The notes under the pieces: model-generated
Databases searched by the model: none
What the model was told of the DNA's origin: nothing
The model's input: only the letters and a program-made list of their open reading frames with translations
Shown here: positions 12,480 through 25,700 of the stretch, one piece after another
Layout: each line of letters begins with the position of its first letter
How positions within the stretch are numbered: the stretch's first letter is position 1
Translations under genes and position numbers: made by a program
NCBI RefSeq assembly: GCF_006345805.1
Contig: NC_042999.1
Location: 14,818,001-14,882,000, forward strand
DNA from: Octopus sinensis
Lineage: Eukaryota
DNA length: 64,000 nucleotides
Direction of reading: 5' to 3'

Positions 12480-12568
12480 TTTTTTTATAATTCAGCAGAT
12501 ATATTTATTGCCTTCCCATGAACCTTCAATCTTCAATCATTAATCAATCATCATCACCATGCCATTAA

Positions 12569-12788
12569 CCCTTTCATTACTGTATTTATTTTGAGATGCT
12601 CTGTGTTTCTTTCAATTACTTTAAATATAACAAAGAATTTAGTAAAATAACTTCGTTATCATTATGCTGGTGTTAGGAACGTAATTGCGACGAAGACTTG
12701 GTGGAAGATTTTAATTCAAAACTTATGAAAACAAGACTTTTGTGCTACAGAGCCAGAGGTGGTTTCAGCTAGGTTGGTATCAAAAGGG
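12569..12788. mobile_element. piggyBac-like MITE
   Basis: TTAA|CCCTTT...AAAGGG|TTAA; related copies at about 12810-13027, 15185-15400, 49879-50198 and 60957-61160. Confidence 0.8.
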
Positions 12789-13079
12789 TTAAAAATAATG
12801 GTGGCTTCTTTTGTTATTATATTTCTGTTGAGATGCTCCATGTTTCTTTCAATTGATTTTTAAATATAAAGAATTTAATAAAATAACTTCGTTATCATTA
12901 AGCTACTGTTAGGAATATATATTGTGACTAAGGTTTGGTGGAAGATTTTAATTCAAAATTTAGGAAAACAAAAAATTTGTACTCAGAGCCAGAACTGGTT
13001 TCAGTTGGGTTTTTAACAAAAGGGTTAGTAAAACGAAGCCTTATATATATATATATATATATATGAATTTTAAATTTCT

Positions 13080-13507
13080 AAATATCTCAGAGAGATATAA
13101 GCAATGGTGGAATGATAGAGCAGTTGTATACTGTCAATTTAACACGACAGTCCCATAAAGGGTCTCACACACCGCTATTTAGCCCTAGGAAGTATCAACG
13201 CTTCCTGTCGGCCTTGACACATTTCCTGTGTCCTTATGTTTACAAAGGGGAGACAAGCACCCCCATCCAGCTAAGCCTGCATCCAGAGACATGTTTCTGG
13301 GTCTTTGCTCGTCATCAGTCTGGAGTAGCATGGCCTGCTAGCTGAAGATGCTTGTCTAGACTTTGTAAACATCTATAATTTCAGTGAAGTAAATTCACTG
13401 ATCACCAAAAATAGAAATATTATATTTCAAAATATCTCAGAGAGATATAAGCAGTGGTGGAGCGATAGAGAAATTGTATACTGTCAACTTAACGTGACAG
13501 TCCCATA
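13080..13507 (-). mobile_element. Penelope-like/retrozyme-like partial tandem unit with minimal hammerhead motif
   Basis: 78-bp direct repeats (13080-13157, 13430-13507); - strand tccaga-CTGATGA-N14-GAAA-catGTC-tctgga at 13282-13324. Confidence 0.7.
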
Positions 13508-13929
13508 CACACACACACACAAGTTATTCAAAGAAAGATTGACTATCAGTAATCATAGCATACATTCTCCCATTTTAACCCAGACTGGTCAGATTGGGGT
13601 TACTTGATACCCAACGTTAATGTCTGCTGGAAAAAAAACAAAAGTTCCCCACTAAAACTGGTGTTCTAATCCAAAGTGAACCCCGCTAAATTAGACACAA
13701 GAACCAGTGATGGTGTTGGTGTCAGTGGTGGTGGTAGTGGTATCTTCTTGAGCTTGATCATTACAACATGACAACTTCACTTTGTAAAACTGTGTCTCCT
13801 CCAGAGTTTACACTAAACAGAAAAAGGGGAGACATGTGGAATAAAACGTTACTGAAGAGGTCACAAGATGTGTGACAAAAGAACTTAGACAAAGGACACT
13901 AAAAGAATAAAAAGGCTAATAAAAATAAA

Positions 13930-14400
13930 ATAATAATGAAATTATTGTATACAGTGCTCAGGTGCACCACAACTTGTCAAAAATGCGTATAAAGCATATG
14001 CAGTAATGTACAAATCTCTGGAATGTGAACAGTGTATGAGTCAGATACATGCTTGTGTGTGTATGGAGGGGAGAAAATCAGGGCTAGTGTTGGTGGTGAA
14101 TCTCAGGAAGCATGGAAGTTTTGAAGGAGGCAGTGCTCCGACAACTAACAACTGATGCCGGCAGCAACTCTTAGCGTGAAAAAATGTTTCCAAAATTCAT
14201 GGGAGCTGTGCTGTTTTCTGACTTTGTAAACATATCCACGGGTGTTAGACAGGTGGAGTTTGAAAAGGTGCTCAGAGTTATTGTTAGTAAGATGGTTAAT
14301 AATTTTATGGGTGTCTACCAAGTCAGCAGCCAGACGTCGGAGTTTCAATGTATCCATGCCCAGGGAAGTAAGGCGTTCAGAATATGGCAAATGCCTGATA
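13930..14400 (-). mobile_element. CR1-clade LINE 3' fragment
   Basis: LPYSERLTSLGMDTLKLRRLAADL..HKI..TRG..KHFFTLRV plus 3'UTR ending in (ATT)n. Confidence 0.88.
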
Positions 14401-16195
14401 ATAATAATAAAGCTGAAGCAAAAATCAAACATACAGTTCCTGTGCTTTATTGGCAAATATGCCCATTTCCAAATTACACAACAAAATTGTTATAGTTGTT
14501 AATAAATACGTTTTTAATTTACAATGGTATTTATATCTCAGTTATTTTACAAAAACTTATATAATTTATTTTATAAACATGATTTACAGTTTTTCAGTTT
14601 AAAATCAGCAGTCAAAAATTAGTTGAAAGAAAATACCATTTTGAGACAAATGACCTCCCCACCCTCCTCTATTTCCTTCTTCACTGATGGCTTGTCCTGT
14701 AGCCATCACACCTTCTCACCAAGACAGTGCTAACACGGTGTACCTCTCGTTATTCCACTTTTGGTGATGGACCCTTCTAAATAAAGGAGAATGATGATAA
14801 ATACTTCATTCTTTTTCTTCAAAATCCGTTAATCTTTGGGCTTGACATTTTCTTCTGGAAAATAAATAAAGTTAAATATTAGAAATATACAGCTGAGTGA
14901 ATAATAATAATAATAATAATAATAATGATAATAATAATAATAATCCGTGGATTTTTGTAGTTTTCATCAATGTTTGCAATTATCTGTAAAAAAAATTTTA
15001 ATGTAACATATAGATGTAATTTTTGACGCTAAGTCCAAATTTGTTAGTAATTTATTCCAGAAAAATTTTGCAAAAGTGTAACAAAGTTTGATCATTTTCA
15101 GAATTTTCAGCCAATCAGAAAACAGTGCATTTGCTGCTTCTTCCATCACCAGGGGGCAGGGGCATCAGCATGTCAAAACTTTAACCCTTTTGATACCAAT
15201 CCGGCTGAAACTGCCTCTGGTTCTGTAGTACAAATGTCATGTTTTCATAAGTTTTTAATTAAAATTTCCCACCACATTTTAGTCACAGTTTATGTTCCTA
15301 ATACTAGCTGAATGATAACTAAGTTGTTTTACAAAGTTCTTTGTTATATCTAAAATAATTGAGAGAAACACTGAGCATCTCAAAATAAATACAGAGTTAA
15401 AGAAAAATTGTTGAGTGAGTACCATCTGTTATAGAACAAGTGGTGGTTAGACTCCTTGTGTGCAAGCACAACATCTTTGGTTTCTGTGGAAATAGAGTTC
15501 TTCACAATCAGCTATAGAACACGTGGTGCTTCTTTGCTTTGGTTACTATAGAAACAGATTTCTTTGCCACGGTGATGTGTAAAATACTCGCTTCTGATTG
15601 GCTAAGATACCCAAATTTTGCAAATTTTAAAGGCTAATAACTTATTTAATTATGGATTTATAGGAAAAATGAATTTCATTTTTGTAACTAGTATGCAAAA
15701 CTTAATCCATATATCAAATCTGAAATCAATTAGAACAAAATTGTAAACAGTGAAAACCACGAAGATCCTAATCCTTGCTACTATAGACTCAGGGCCTGAA
15801 ATTTTAGGGGAGTGGTAAGTCAGTTTCATCAACCATAGTGCTCAGCTGGTACTTATTTTATTCCCAACCATTCCTGAAAAGATGAGAGGCAAAATCAACC
15901 TCAGCAGAATTTGGACTCAAAATATAAAGGCAGTTTGTCCTGCGTGCTACTGAATTCTGCCAGCTTGCCACTTGAATAATAATTATTGGTATAATGGAAT
16001 CTCCCAAGACAACAAAATATTTTGGCTGAATTACATTTAATGTTGATCCAGACAAAATTTGACCACAGAAATATGAAGGAGGTTACCATAAAGTGTTTGT
16101 CTGTCTCCACTTCCCTTATCTGCTATAATAGAACCCTTATGAAATCTCAGCTAATTGAAGTCAAATCCACTATCATATGTGGACAACTAATCAAG

Positions 16196-16405
16196 ACTCT
16201 TTTACTCTTTTACTTGTTTCAATCATTTGACTGTGGCCATGCTGGAGCACCGCCTTTAGTCGAGCAAATCGACCCCGGGACTTATTCTTTGTAAGCCTAG
16301 TACTTATTCTATTGGTCTCTTTTGCTGAACCGCTAAGTTATGGGGATGCAAACACACCACCATCAGTTGTCAAGCGATGTTAGGTGGACAAACACAGACA
16401 CACAA

Positions 16406-16438
<33 letters not shown>

Positions 16439-16635
16439 CATATTTATATATATATATATATATATATATACGACGGGCTTCTTTCAGTTCCCATCTACCA
16501 AATCCACTCACAAGGCTTTGGGTCGGCCCAAGGCTACAGTAGAAGACACTTGCCCAAGGTGCCACACAGTGGGACTGAACCTGGAACCATGTGGTTGGTA
16601 AGCAAGCTACTTCCCACACAGCCACTCCTGTGCCT
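16196..16635 (-). mobile_element. SINE family A, full length
   Basis: Match to family. Confidence 0.9.
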
Positions 16636-17329
16636 TCTTATCTATTTTCTTTATCTCTCTATGTAGGTTCCATCACATTTGTTGTTGTTGTTTAGCTCTT
16701 GCCCAGCCCTGATAGACCAGGCTTTATTTAAATCAGAAAGGAGATTCCATCCATGATCATCTCACCTTTTACCAACGTACAGCCACCTGAGATAAAATGT
16801 TCCTATTTTTTAAGATGGTAGGAAGGGAAGAGCATTTGGCTGTAGAAATCAAGTAAATGCAGACACTGGAGCAAATATAGCTCCTATCACACTGTACAAC
16901 CCATACCAGCTCGGAAGATGGACGTTAAATGATAGTGATGGTAGTGGTGCTGGCGGTGGTGATAGAGAATAAGTTATAAAATATTTGGCTACTATTTCTA
17001 GCAGATCAAATGACAATATCTGAAGCTTCCCCATCTTCACTGGTTTGCTAGTAAACATGTAGAGGCTTAAATTTCACATACTTTCATTGCCATTCATGAC
17101 CTCATCAATGATACGGCCTCTCTGCTCTTGCCAGAGAATAGGATTTTGATCAAATTAGCTGATTGATTCCTTGACAGGATGGTTGGGCAATCAATTGATT
17201 AGTTAATTGCTTAAATGGTTAACCAACTGACTATTATTGGTTTCAAATTTTAGCACAAAGCCAGCAGGTCATGGAGAAGGACTAAGTCAATTATGTTGAC
17301 CCTAGTACTCAACTGGTACTTTGCCCAGG

Positions 17330-17865
17330 ATATTAATTGTCTGGAAGCCGTTCAGCGACATGCAACAAAAGAATGCTCTCCATCAGATATTTGCCATATT
17401 CTGAATGCCTTACTTCTCTGAGCATGGATACATTGAAACTCCGATGTCTGGCAGCTGACTTGGCAGACACCCATAAAATTATTAACCATCTTACAAACAA
17501 TAACTCTGAGTACCTTTTCAAACTCCACCTGTCTAACACCCGTGGACATGTTTACAAAATCAGAAAACAGCACAGCTCCCATGACTTTTGGAAACATTTT
17601 TTCACGCTAAGAGTTGCTGAAGCATGGAACAGACTGCCGGCATCAGTTGTTAGTTGTCGGAGCACTGCATCCTTCAAAACTTCCATGCTTCCTGAGATTC
17701 GCCAACACTACACCTGATTTTCTCCCCTCCATACACACGCAAGCATGTATCTGACTCATACACTGTTCACTTCTCAGACATTTGTACATTACTGCATATG
17801 CTTTATATGCATTTTTGACAAGTTGTGGTGCACCTGAGCACTGTATACAATAATTTCATTATTAT
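17330..17865 (+). mobile_element. CR1-clade LINE 3' fragment
   Basis: YLPYSECL..TRGHVYKI..FFTLRVAEAWNRLPASVV..SFK, the conserved CR1 ORF2 C-terminus. Confidence 0.9.
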
Positions 17866-18739
17866 TTTAAAACGATGAAAAGCAAAGTTGACCCCAGCAG
17901 AATTTGAACTCAGATTATGAAGACAGATAAAATGCTGCTAAACATTTTGCCTGGCATACTGATGATTCTGTCTGCTTCCCACCTTCCCAACTGACTAATA
18001 TTAATCCTGTCTACTATAGGCACAAGGCCTGAAATTTTTGGGGAGGGGTCTAGTGTCTCACTGGTACTTGTTTTACTGACCCCAAAAGGATGAAAGGTAA
18101 AGTCGACCTCGGCGGAATTTGAACTCAGAATTAGCGGTGTGCGAAATACTGCTAAGCATTTCGTCCAGTGTGCTAACGATTCTGCCAGCTCGCCACCATA
18201 AAAAAACCGACTAATATTAATAAAAGAAGCAAAATAAAACGAGTGTGTGTGTGTGAGAGTCTACTGTTGGCATAACGACCCTCCCATGATACAACAAAAT
18301 CTGTTCCAACATGTCTTCACATGAAGAATCTTACAAACCAAATACAAAAACCGAAATTTACTAGTTTCACCTGAGAGAATACATTATCTATTATTGATTA
18401 CTTTTCTGGTGATATGAGAATCGGTTAGAGAGCTGTTCACACAAAGATGGCTTGCATTAATTCTGCAGACTGAATTTCTGTGAATATTTCTCCTGGAATC
18501 TTAACAGACGAATTGTTAGATTCTCAGAGTAAGATAAGAATTAGAGATAAAAAAAAAATTAAAAAAAAGTCAGAGATTATTTACTGTGATGTAACAATAT
18601 AATTTAGAGGAAATGTTTATTGTACTGCTGAACATTGCTATCGATTGCTTTTCTTTCATCTTTGTATAGGATATTTGTGTTTATTTTGGGCTAAATAATA
18701 GACACCTTGTGACAGTGTGTATATGATGTGTGTGTGGGT

Positions 18740-18960
18740 ATGGCAGAAACGTTAGCACGCCGGGCGAAATGCGTTGCCGTATTTCGTATGTCGTTACGTT
18801 CCGGGTTCAAATTCCGCTGAGGTCAACTTTGCCTTTCATCCTTTTGGGGTCGATAAATTAAGTACCAGTTACGCACTGGGGTCGATGTAATCGACTTAAT
18901 CCCTTTGTCTGTCCTTGTTTGTCCCCTCTGTGTTTAGCCCCTTGTGGGTAGTAAAGAAAT
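18740..18960 (+). mobile_element. SINE family B (Meta-domain-like)
   Basis: ctttgcctttcatccttttggggtcgataaattaagtaccag core; copies at 23412-23646, 26603-26816, 37018-37435(-), 42551-42785, 48890-49098. Confidence 0.8.
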
Positions 18961-19303
18961 ATATATATTTATATCATCATCATCGTTTAATCTCTGCTTT
19001 CCATGCTAGCATGGGTTGGATGATTTGACTGAGGTCTGGCGAACCAGATGGCTGCACCAAGCTCCAATCTGATCTGGCAGAGTTTCTACAGCTGGATGCC
19101 CTTCCTAACGCCAACCACTCCGAGAGTGTAGTGGGTGCTTTTATGTACCACCAGCACAAATATGTATATATACATATTTACACACACACACACACATATA
19201 TATCAGTTTAGTACATGTTATGAAAGACCTGTTAATAGTTTCATGCTTTTGCGATACTTTAAGTAGGTAGAATTTTAAAATATGCCATGGGACATCAAGC
19301 AAG

Positions 19304-19345
<42 letters not shown>

Positions 19346-19926
19346 GTGCAGGCATGGCTGTGTGGTAAGAAGTTTACTTCCCAACCACATGGTTCTGGTT
19401 TCAATCCCACTGAATGGCACCTTGGGCAAGTGTTTTCTACTATGATCCTAGGTTGACCAAGGCTTTGTGAGCGAATTTGATAGATGGAAATTGAAAGAAT
19501 CACATTGTGTGTGTGTGTGGGGGTAGTGTCTCCTTGCTTTAGCATCATGTGATAGTTGTAAACGTGTGTCACCTAAGTGCAGGTTGCATCTTTTATTTCT
19601 AATATATTGTGAGGGTATGTCCGGTTATGGGGAAATATTACCTTAATTGGAAACATGTAAAGGTTAGCAACAGGAAGAGCATCCAATCTACCTTAACAAA
19701 TTCCACCATACTCATTCAAGCATGGAAAAGTGGATGCTGAAACGATGATGAGGATGATATATATGTATAGATATGTTTATGTGGTGAAGGAGCTCTCTTT
19801 GCAACCATGTGCTTTCAGGTTCACTCCCACTGTGTGGCACCTTGGGAAAGTGTCTTCTACTATAGCGTCAAGCTGATCATGCCTTGTGAGTGGATTTGGT
19901 TGACGGAAACTGTGTGGAAGCCTATC

Positions 19927-20323
19927 ATGTATATGTGTGTGTGTATGTATATATATATATATATATGTGTGTGTGTATGTATGTATGTATGTATATATAT
20001 ATATGTGTATGTATGTGTGTATGTATGTGTGTATGTATATGTGTGTATGTATGTATGTATGTGTATGTATATGTGTGTATGTATGTATGTATATGTGTGT
20101 ATGTATGTATGTATATGTGTGTATGTACATATATATATATATGTGTGTATGTACATATATATATATATATGTGTGTGTGTACGTATGTATGCATGTATAT
20201 GTATATGTGTGTATGTACATATATATATATATATATGTGTGTGTGTGTACGTATGTATGCATGTATATGTATGTATGTGTGTATGTATGTATATATATGT
20301 ATGTATATGTATGTATATATATA
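19927..20323. repeat. Compound (TA)/(TG)/(TATG)n microsatellite
   Basis: About 400 bp of alternating purine-pyrimidine sequence. Confidence 0.97.
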
Positions 20324-20661
20324 TGAAAGAAGGTTTGAAAATGCAATTTTAAAGATGTTTATTCACTTGACCGGTTTCACTTTTTTAGAAAATGATTGTC
20401 AAAAGTAAAATGTAAAGCTTTGTATAAGCTTTTTTGTATTAAGTACTGGTTGTCTCAAAATATTACAATACATATATACATTCTTTGATAATAACAAGAA
20501 AATGTTAAAAACAGTTTCTCAATATTTCCACTCGTGTGGTACCTTACAACCTCACTTTATTATATATATATATATATGCACATAAATATACTTTCTTTTT
20601 AATGGCCTGAGTTTGATTCCTGGAATGAGAATGCTTATACATAAATATGCGTGTGTGTATG

Positions 20662-20702
<41 letters not shown>

Positions 20703-21469
20703 CTTTGTGTTTGCTCCCTGATTGTTTGACAACCAGTATTGGTTTGTTTATGTCTTATAACTTAGTGGTTCAGCAAAAGAGACTAATAAAACAAATACCA
20801 GACTTTAAAAGAAACAAACATAAAAAAACAAAAATTTCCAAGTTGGAACCTCAGTTTGGCTGCAGTCCAATGATTGAAGCAAGATAACAGTATAAAAGAC
20901 ATCTATATTCACACACACACACACGTCTGATATTTTCTTTAAAGATTACAGATTAATTTTGCGTCTACTGTTATTATTTGGTTGTACATTGTTATATTAA
21001 AGCTAGAGACTAAACTCTTAAGTCACTTGCGCAGTGGTATTAATATAGAAAGAAGTTATTAAACTGGATGGTCACCAATACAAAATGCTTGAAGTACAGC
21101 TGCATAATCAGTTATAATTTCATAGATTGTGCATCTGCCAACTTCTGTTACTTAATTCAACACCAAATATATTTCCTTGTTCTTTCCTTTTCAAGAACTT
21201 GTACAGACTTGTTATTATTAGCCATTTTCTGTATGTTCTGCCAAAGCAAACTTAACAGGGTAGAGGACAAGAAAAACTAAAAACTTTAGGGTAATTTTAC
21301 TTATGCAATTTTACCAGGTGTGTTTGCTTCAGTTTTTCCCTGGGGCTATACTTAACATCATCATTGTCATCATTTTCATGTCCATCTTTGTGTGTTTGCA
21401 TGGATCAGATAGAATTCATTGAGAGAGATTTTCTACAATTATATCCCCATGACCAGACATTTTTTTATA

Positions 21470-22177
21470 GAATTATAAAATTATTAACCATCTTACAAAC
21501 AATAACTCTGAGTACCTTTTCAAACTCCGTCCGTCTAACACCCGTGGACATGTTTACAAAGCCAGAAAACAGCACAGCTCCCATGACTTTCGGAAACATT
21601 TTTTCATGCTCAGAGTTGCTGAAGTGTGGAACAAACTGCCGGCATCAGTTGTTAGTTGTCAGAGCACTGCATCCTTCAAAACTTCCATGTTTCCTGAGAT
21701 TCGCCAACACTACACCTGATTTCTTCCCCTCCATACACACACAAGCATGTATCTGACTCATACACTGTTCACTTGGTGCCCTGGGACAGGTAATGATGTA
21801 TAAAGGAGCTAAATAACTCTGAGCACCTTTTCAAACTCCACCTGTCTAACACCCGTGGACATGTTTACAAAGTCAGAAAACAGCACAGCTCCCATGAATT
21901 TTGGAAAGATTTTTTCATGCTAAGAGTTGCTGAAGCATGGAACAAACTGCTGGCATCAGTTGTTAGTTGTCAGAGCACTGCATCCTTCAAAACTTCCATG
22001 CTTTCTGAGATTCACCAACACTACACCTGATTTTCTCCCCTCCATACACACGCAAGCATGTATCTGACTCATACACTGTTCACTTTCCAGACATTTGTAC
22101 ATTACTGCATATGCTTTATACACACTTCTGACAAGTTGTGGTACACCTGAGCACTGTATACAATAATTTCATTATTA
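21470..22177 (+). mobile_element. Two tandem CR1 3' fragments
   Basis: 21470-21775 and 21810-22177 both match the 17330 copy. Confidence 0.88.
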
Positions 22178-22665
22178 TAAACTGCCTTTGCTTCATTTAA
22201 TTTTGCAAAAAAAAAAAAACAGAATTTGAAATAACTGTTATTATAAAGTGCTGGTGTTAGGAAGAAATTAACTTGGAATTTTGATAGGAGATTTTAATTT
22301 AGATCACTTTAAAATAGGGAATTTGAATGATAAAACTAGGGGTGGTTTCATGCAGGTTCATAACAAAACGGTCAACAGAAAAATATTAAAGTTGTGGTGC
22401 ATCTGAGCACTGTATACAATAATTTCATTATTATTATCATTATATGACCAGAAATGTTTTTATAGAAATCTGGTTATGAATGGAACTGCTAGTACAACAG
22501 TAATAATTCTCATTTACAACTATAATCCAATGTCAAGACAAGGAGAAAACCACATACATGGATATATACACACATTCACACCATGCCTTTTTCAGTTTCT
22601 GTCTACCAAATGCATTCGCATACTGTTTCTAAAGTTATCTCCCTTTATTTAAATCTTTTCTTCAG

Positions 22666-22746
22666 GGTACATGGAACAAGTCTACAGACAAAATGACCAT
22701 ATCATCTTGGTTTACTGCCCAGAGTTTCAGTCCATTACACATTCTC
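22666..22746 (+). CDS. USP gene internal exon (WYMEQVYRQNDHIILVYCPEFQSITHS)
   Basis: Acceptor tcttttcttcag, donor gtaagt at 22747, phase 1/1; encodes USP beta-2 region. Confidence 0.88.
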
Positions 22747-25700
22747 GTAAGTATGAGGTTATGTAATTTTTGCTCTACTGATTACCCCCTTTTGGCACCA
22801 ACCTATCGGAACCTGCCTTGAATTTATGATAAAAAAATGTCTTGTTTTAAAATGATTTCATATTTAAACAAAGTAATTTTTAATTAAAACCTTTCTTTGA
22901 AATTCTGTTTTAATTTATGTTTCAAATGACAGCTTAATTAATAATATACTGGGTTTAATCATCATTACCACCATTTAAAATCTGTTTTCCATGCTGGCAT
23001 GGGTTGGATGGTTTGACAGGAGCTCGCTAGTCGGAGAGCTGAACCAGGCTCCATAGTCTGTTTTGGTTTGGTTTCCCAATGCCAACCACTTTACAGAGTG
23101 CACTGGCTGCTTTTTATGTGGCACCAAAAAAAAGCATGGTCACATTGGATGCACAGGCATCGTAGATGCATCCTGACTTCGGCAGCACATATTCAAGAAA
23201 AGCAGTTTTAGTGCATTAAAGCCTGTATTAATGGCCCAACTTTTCATTATAAGACCTGGGTTGAGTTTTTGAGACATTTTTTGGAAACAACAACAAAAAA
23301 TGCATCTTAAATACCATCAAGTATGGTAATTTTGCAAAAGTTTTCTTAATTTTCAAAATTTAATTGAAACCATGGCAGTGTACTTCAGCAGAAATATGGT
23401 AACAAAAGGGAAGGTGGCAAGCTGGCAGACACGTTAGCACGCTGGACGAAATGCTTAGCGGTATTTTGTCTGCCGTTACGTTCTGAGTTCAAATTCTGCC
23501 GAGGTCGACTTTGCCTTTCATCCTTTTGGGGTCGATTAAATAAGTACGTGTAACGCACTGGGGTCGATGTAATCGACTTAATCCGTTTGTCTGTCCTTGT
23601 TTGTCCCCTCTATGTTTAACCCCTTGTGGGTAGTAAAGAAATAGGTAACAAAAGGGTTAAAACACAAAAATCAAAACTTTAATCTTCACAGAAGTATGTC
23701 TGAAATGTTGGGTGAGAATATATTTAGTTTGAAATTCTCAAGTTAGAATATTCCAGGCAATAAACTATATTTTCATTTGTCTTTTCTTTTAGGATGCAAT
23801 CCTAAGTAATATATAAACTAAAGCTTATTTAATTTCTTCTCCAAAAGAAAAGGCTGTCAAAATTCACCCTTCCCTTATAACAGAGAATTATTCAATTTTG
23901 TAAATTTTAATAAGTAAGGCTTGCCTAAGATGGCTCTTATTAATATATTTATTATTCATTTATTTGGTTCTTTTTACTGTGGTTTTCTTTATTTTTTTCC
24001 TTATGTTGTCTTTTTCTTTCTCTTTCTGTTTTTAGCCTATGTTATGGCTGATGTGACCATCTTGGTTGACATGATGAAAGAGGAAGAGAAACAAGTTAAA
24101 GCACAGTTAGAAAAATTTGGTGAAATGCTGAAAAATGCAGGAGTAAGTAGTATTTTACAGCCCTGATAACTACTGTGCAAAGTGTCTGTCATCACCATCA
24201 TCATCATCATCATCATCATCATCGTCGTCATCATCATTATCCTCATTTTAATGTTCACTTTTCTATGCTTGCATGGATCAGAAGGAATTCCCTCGGACAG
24301 GTTTTCTATAGCTGGATGCTCTTCCTGTCACCAACCTTTTGTTGACAAAGTGATATTTCCTCATGGTTGGACATATTTTCATAGAAGGACACTGCTTGAT
24401 TAATAGTAATACTTATTTGCAACTACTGTATGATGTCAAGACAGAAATTATAAACACACACATATACAAATCAACTTTTAAATACACACACACACCTATA
24501 TACTGTGCCAGTGGTACATAAAAGACACCATTCGAGTGTGATCGTTACCAGTGTCGCTTTATTGGCACTTGTGCCCCATGCTAGTAGGGTGCTAAGAGCA
24601 CCATCTGTGCATGATCGTTGCCAGAGCAGTTAACTGGCTTCCATGCCGGTGGCATGTAAAAGGCACCATTCGAGCATGATTGTTACCAACACCGCCTTAC
24701 TGGCACCTGTGCCAGTGGCATGTGTAAAAAGATTCAAGCAAGGTCATTGCCAGTACCGCCTGACTGGCCCCCGTGCCAGTGGCACATAAAAGCTCCCACT
24801 ACACTCTCGGAGTGGTTAGTGTTAAGAAGGGCATCCAGCTGTAGAAACTCTGCTAGATCAAGATTGGAGCCTGGTGCAGCCATCTGGTTCACCAGCACTC
24901 AGTCAAATCGTCCAACCCATGCTAGCATGGAAAGCGGACGTTAAACGATGATGATTTATAGATAGATAGTTAGATACATACTAGTTTATTTTATAAGTAT
25001 ACTAACAGAAACACCCGGCGTTGCCCAGCTTAAAGAAAATAATGAAATTTAAAAATGCCTTTTAGATCTCTAACATGAAACATAGACTACTCAGGTGTTA
25101 CCTTCTAGTAGCTGAGATACCAACTTTATACATTAACTAGCAGTATCGCCTGGCGTTGCTTGGGTTTGTAAGGGAAATAACTATATAAGCACTTTTAGAG
25201 ATGTAAAGTATAATAGCCATCTCAATATGGCTAACCACAAAGGGGGGAGGTGTTACTGTAGCTTTTTACGTTCTGAGATTTAATAATAAATTTTTAGAGA
25301 GTTACTTCCCTTATATATGCCAAAAATGCATTAAAAATGGGGAAAATTGATGGTAAATTTTTTTTAAATCGTAGACTCATTGTAGACACGCGCTAATACC
25401 CAGAAGGGCTCGATATGAATCACGACTATAAGATACCCGGTTTTGGTTAAACTGCACCGCAAAATGTGGGAGTAGTTAGGAATCTAAATCGTAGGAGATA
25501 GACAGCACACAACCTCACTTTTATATATAAGGATAACCTGGTGTTCCCCTGGTTTTTGAAAATAATGAAATGGAAGTATGCCTTTTAGATCTCTAAGTAA
25601 AATGAAACATAGTTTATGCAGTTCTCAACAGTAATTAACTGAGGTACAAGCTATTAATTTCAATAACAAGTTTTATCCGATGATCTCACTGTTAAAATTG

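Noticed and set aside
14830-17150. Possible two-exon - strand gene end (DQNPILWQEQRGRIIDEVMNGNE + KENVKPKD*)
   Set aside because: The donor at 17081 and acceptor near 14856 are phase-compatible, but there is an in-frame stop right after the only decent upstream acceptor and no recognisable homology
18457-18528. ATG..TGA..donor segment in frame with the USP exon (possible selenocysteine readthrough)
   Set aside because: No USP similarity in the peptide and no SECIS recognised; more likely UTR or chance
19777-20408. Overlapping 89-189 aa ORFs rich in Y/I/H/T/V/C/M
   Set aside because: Translations of a (TA/TG)n microsatellite
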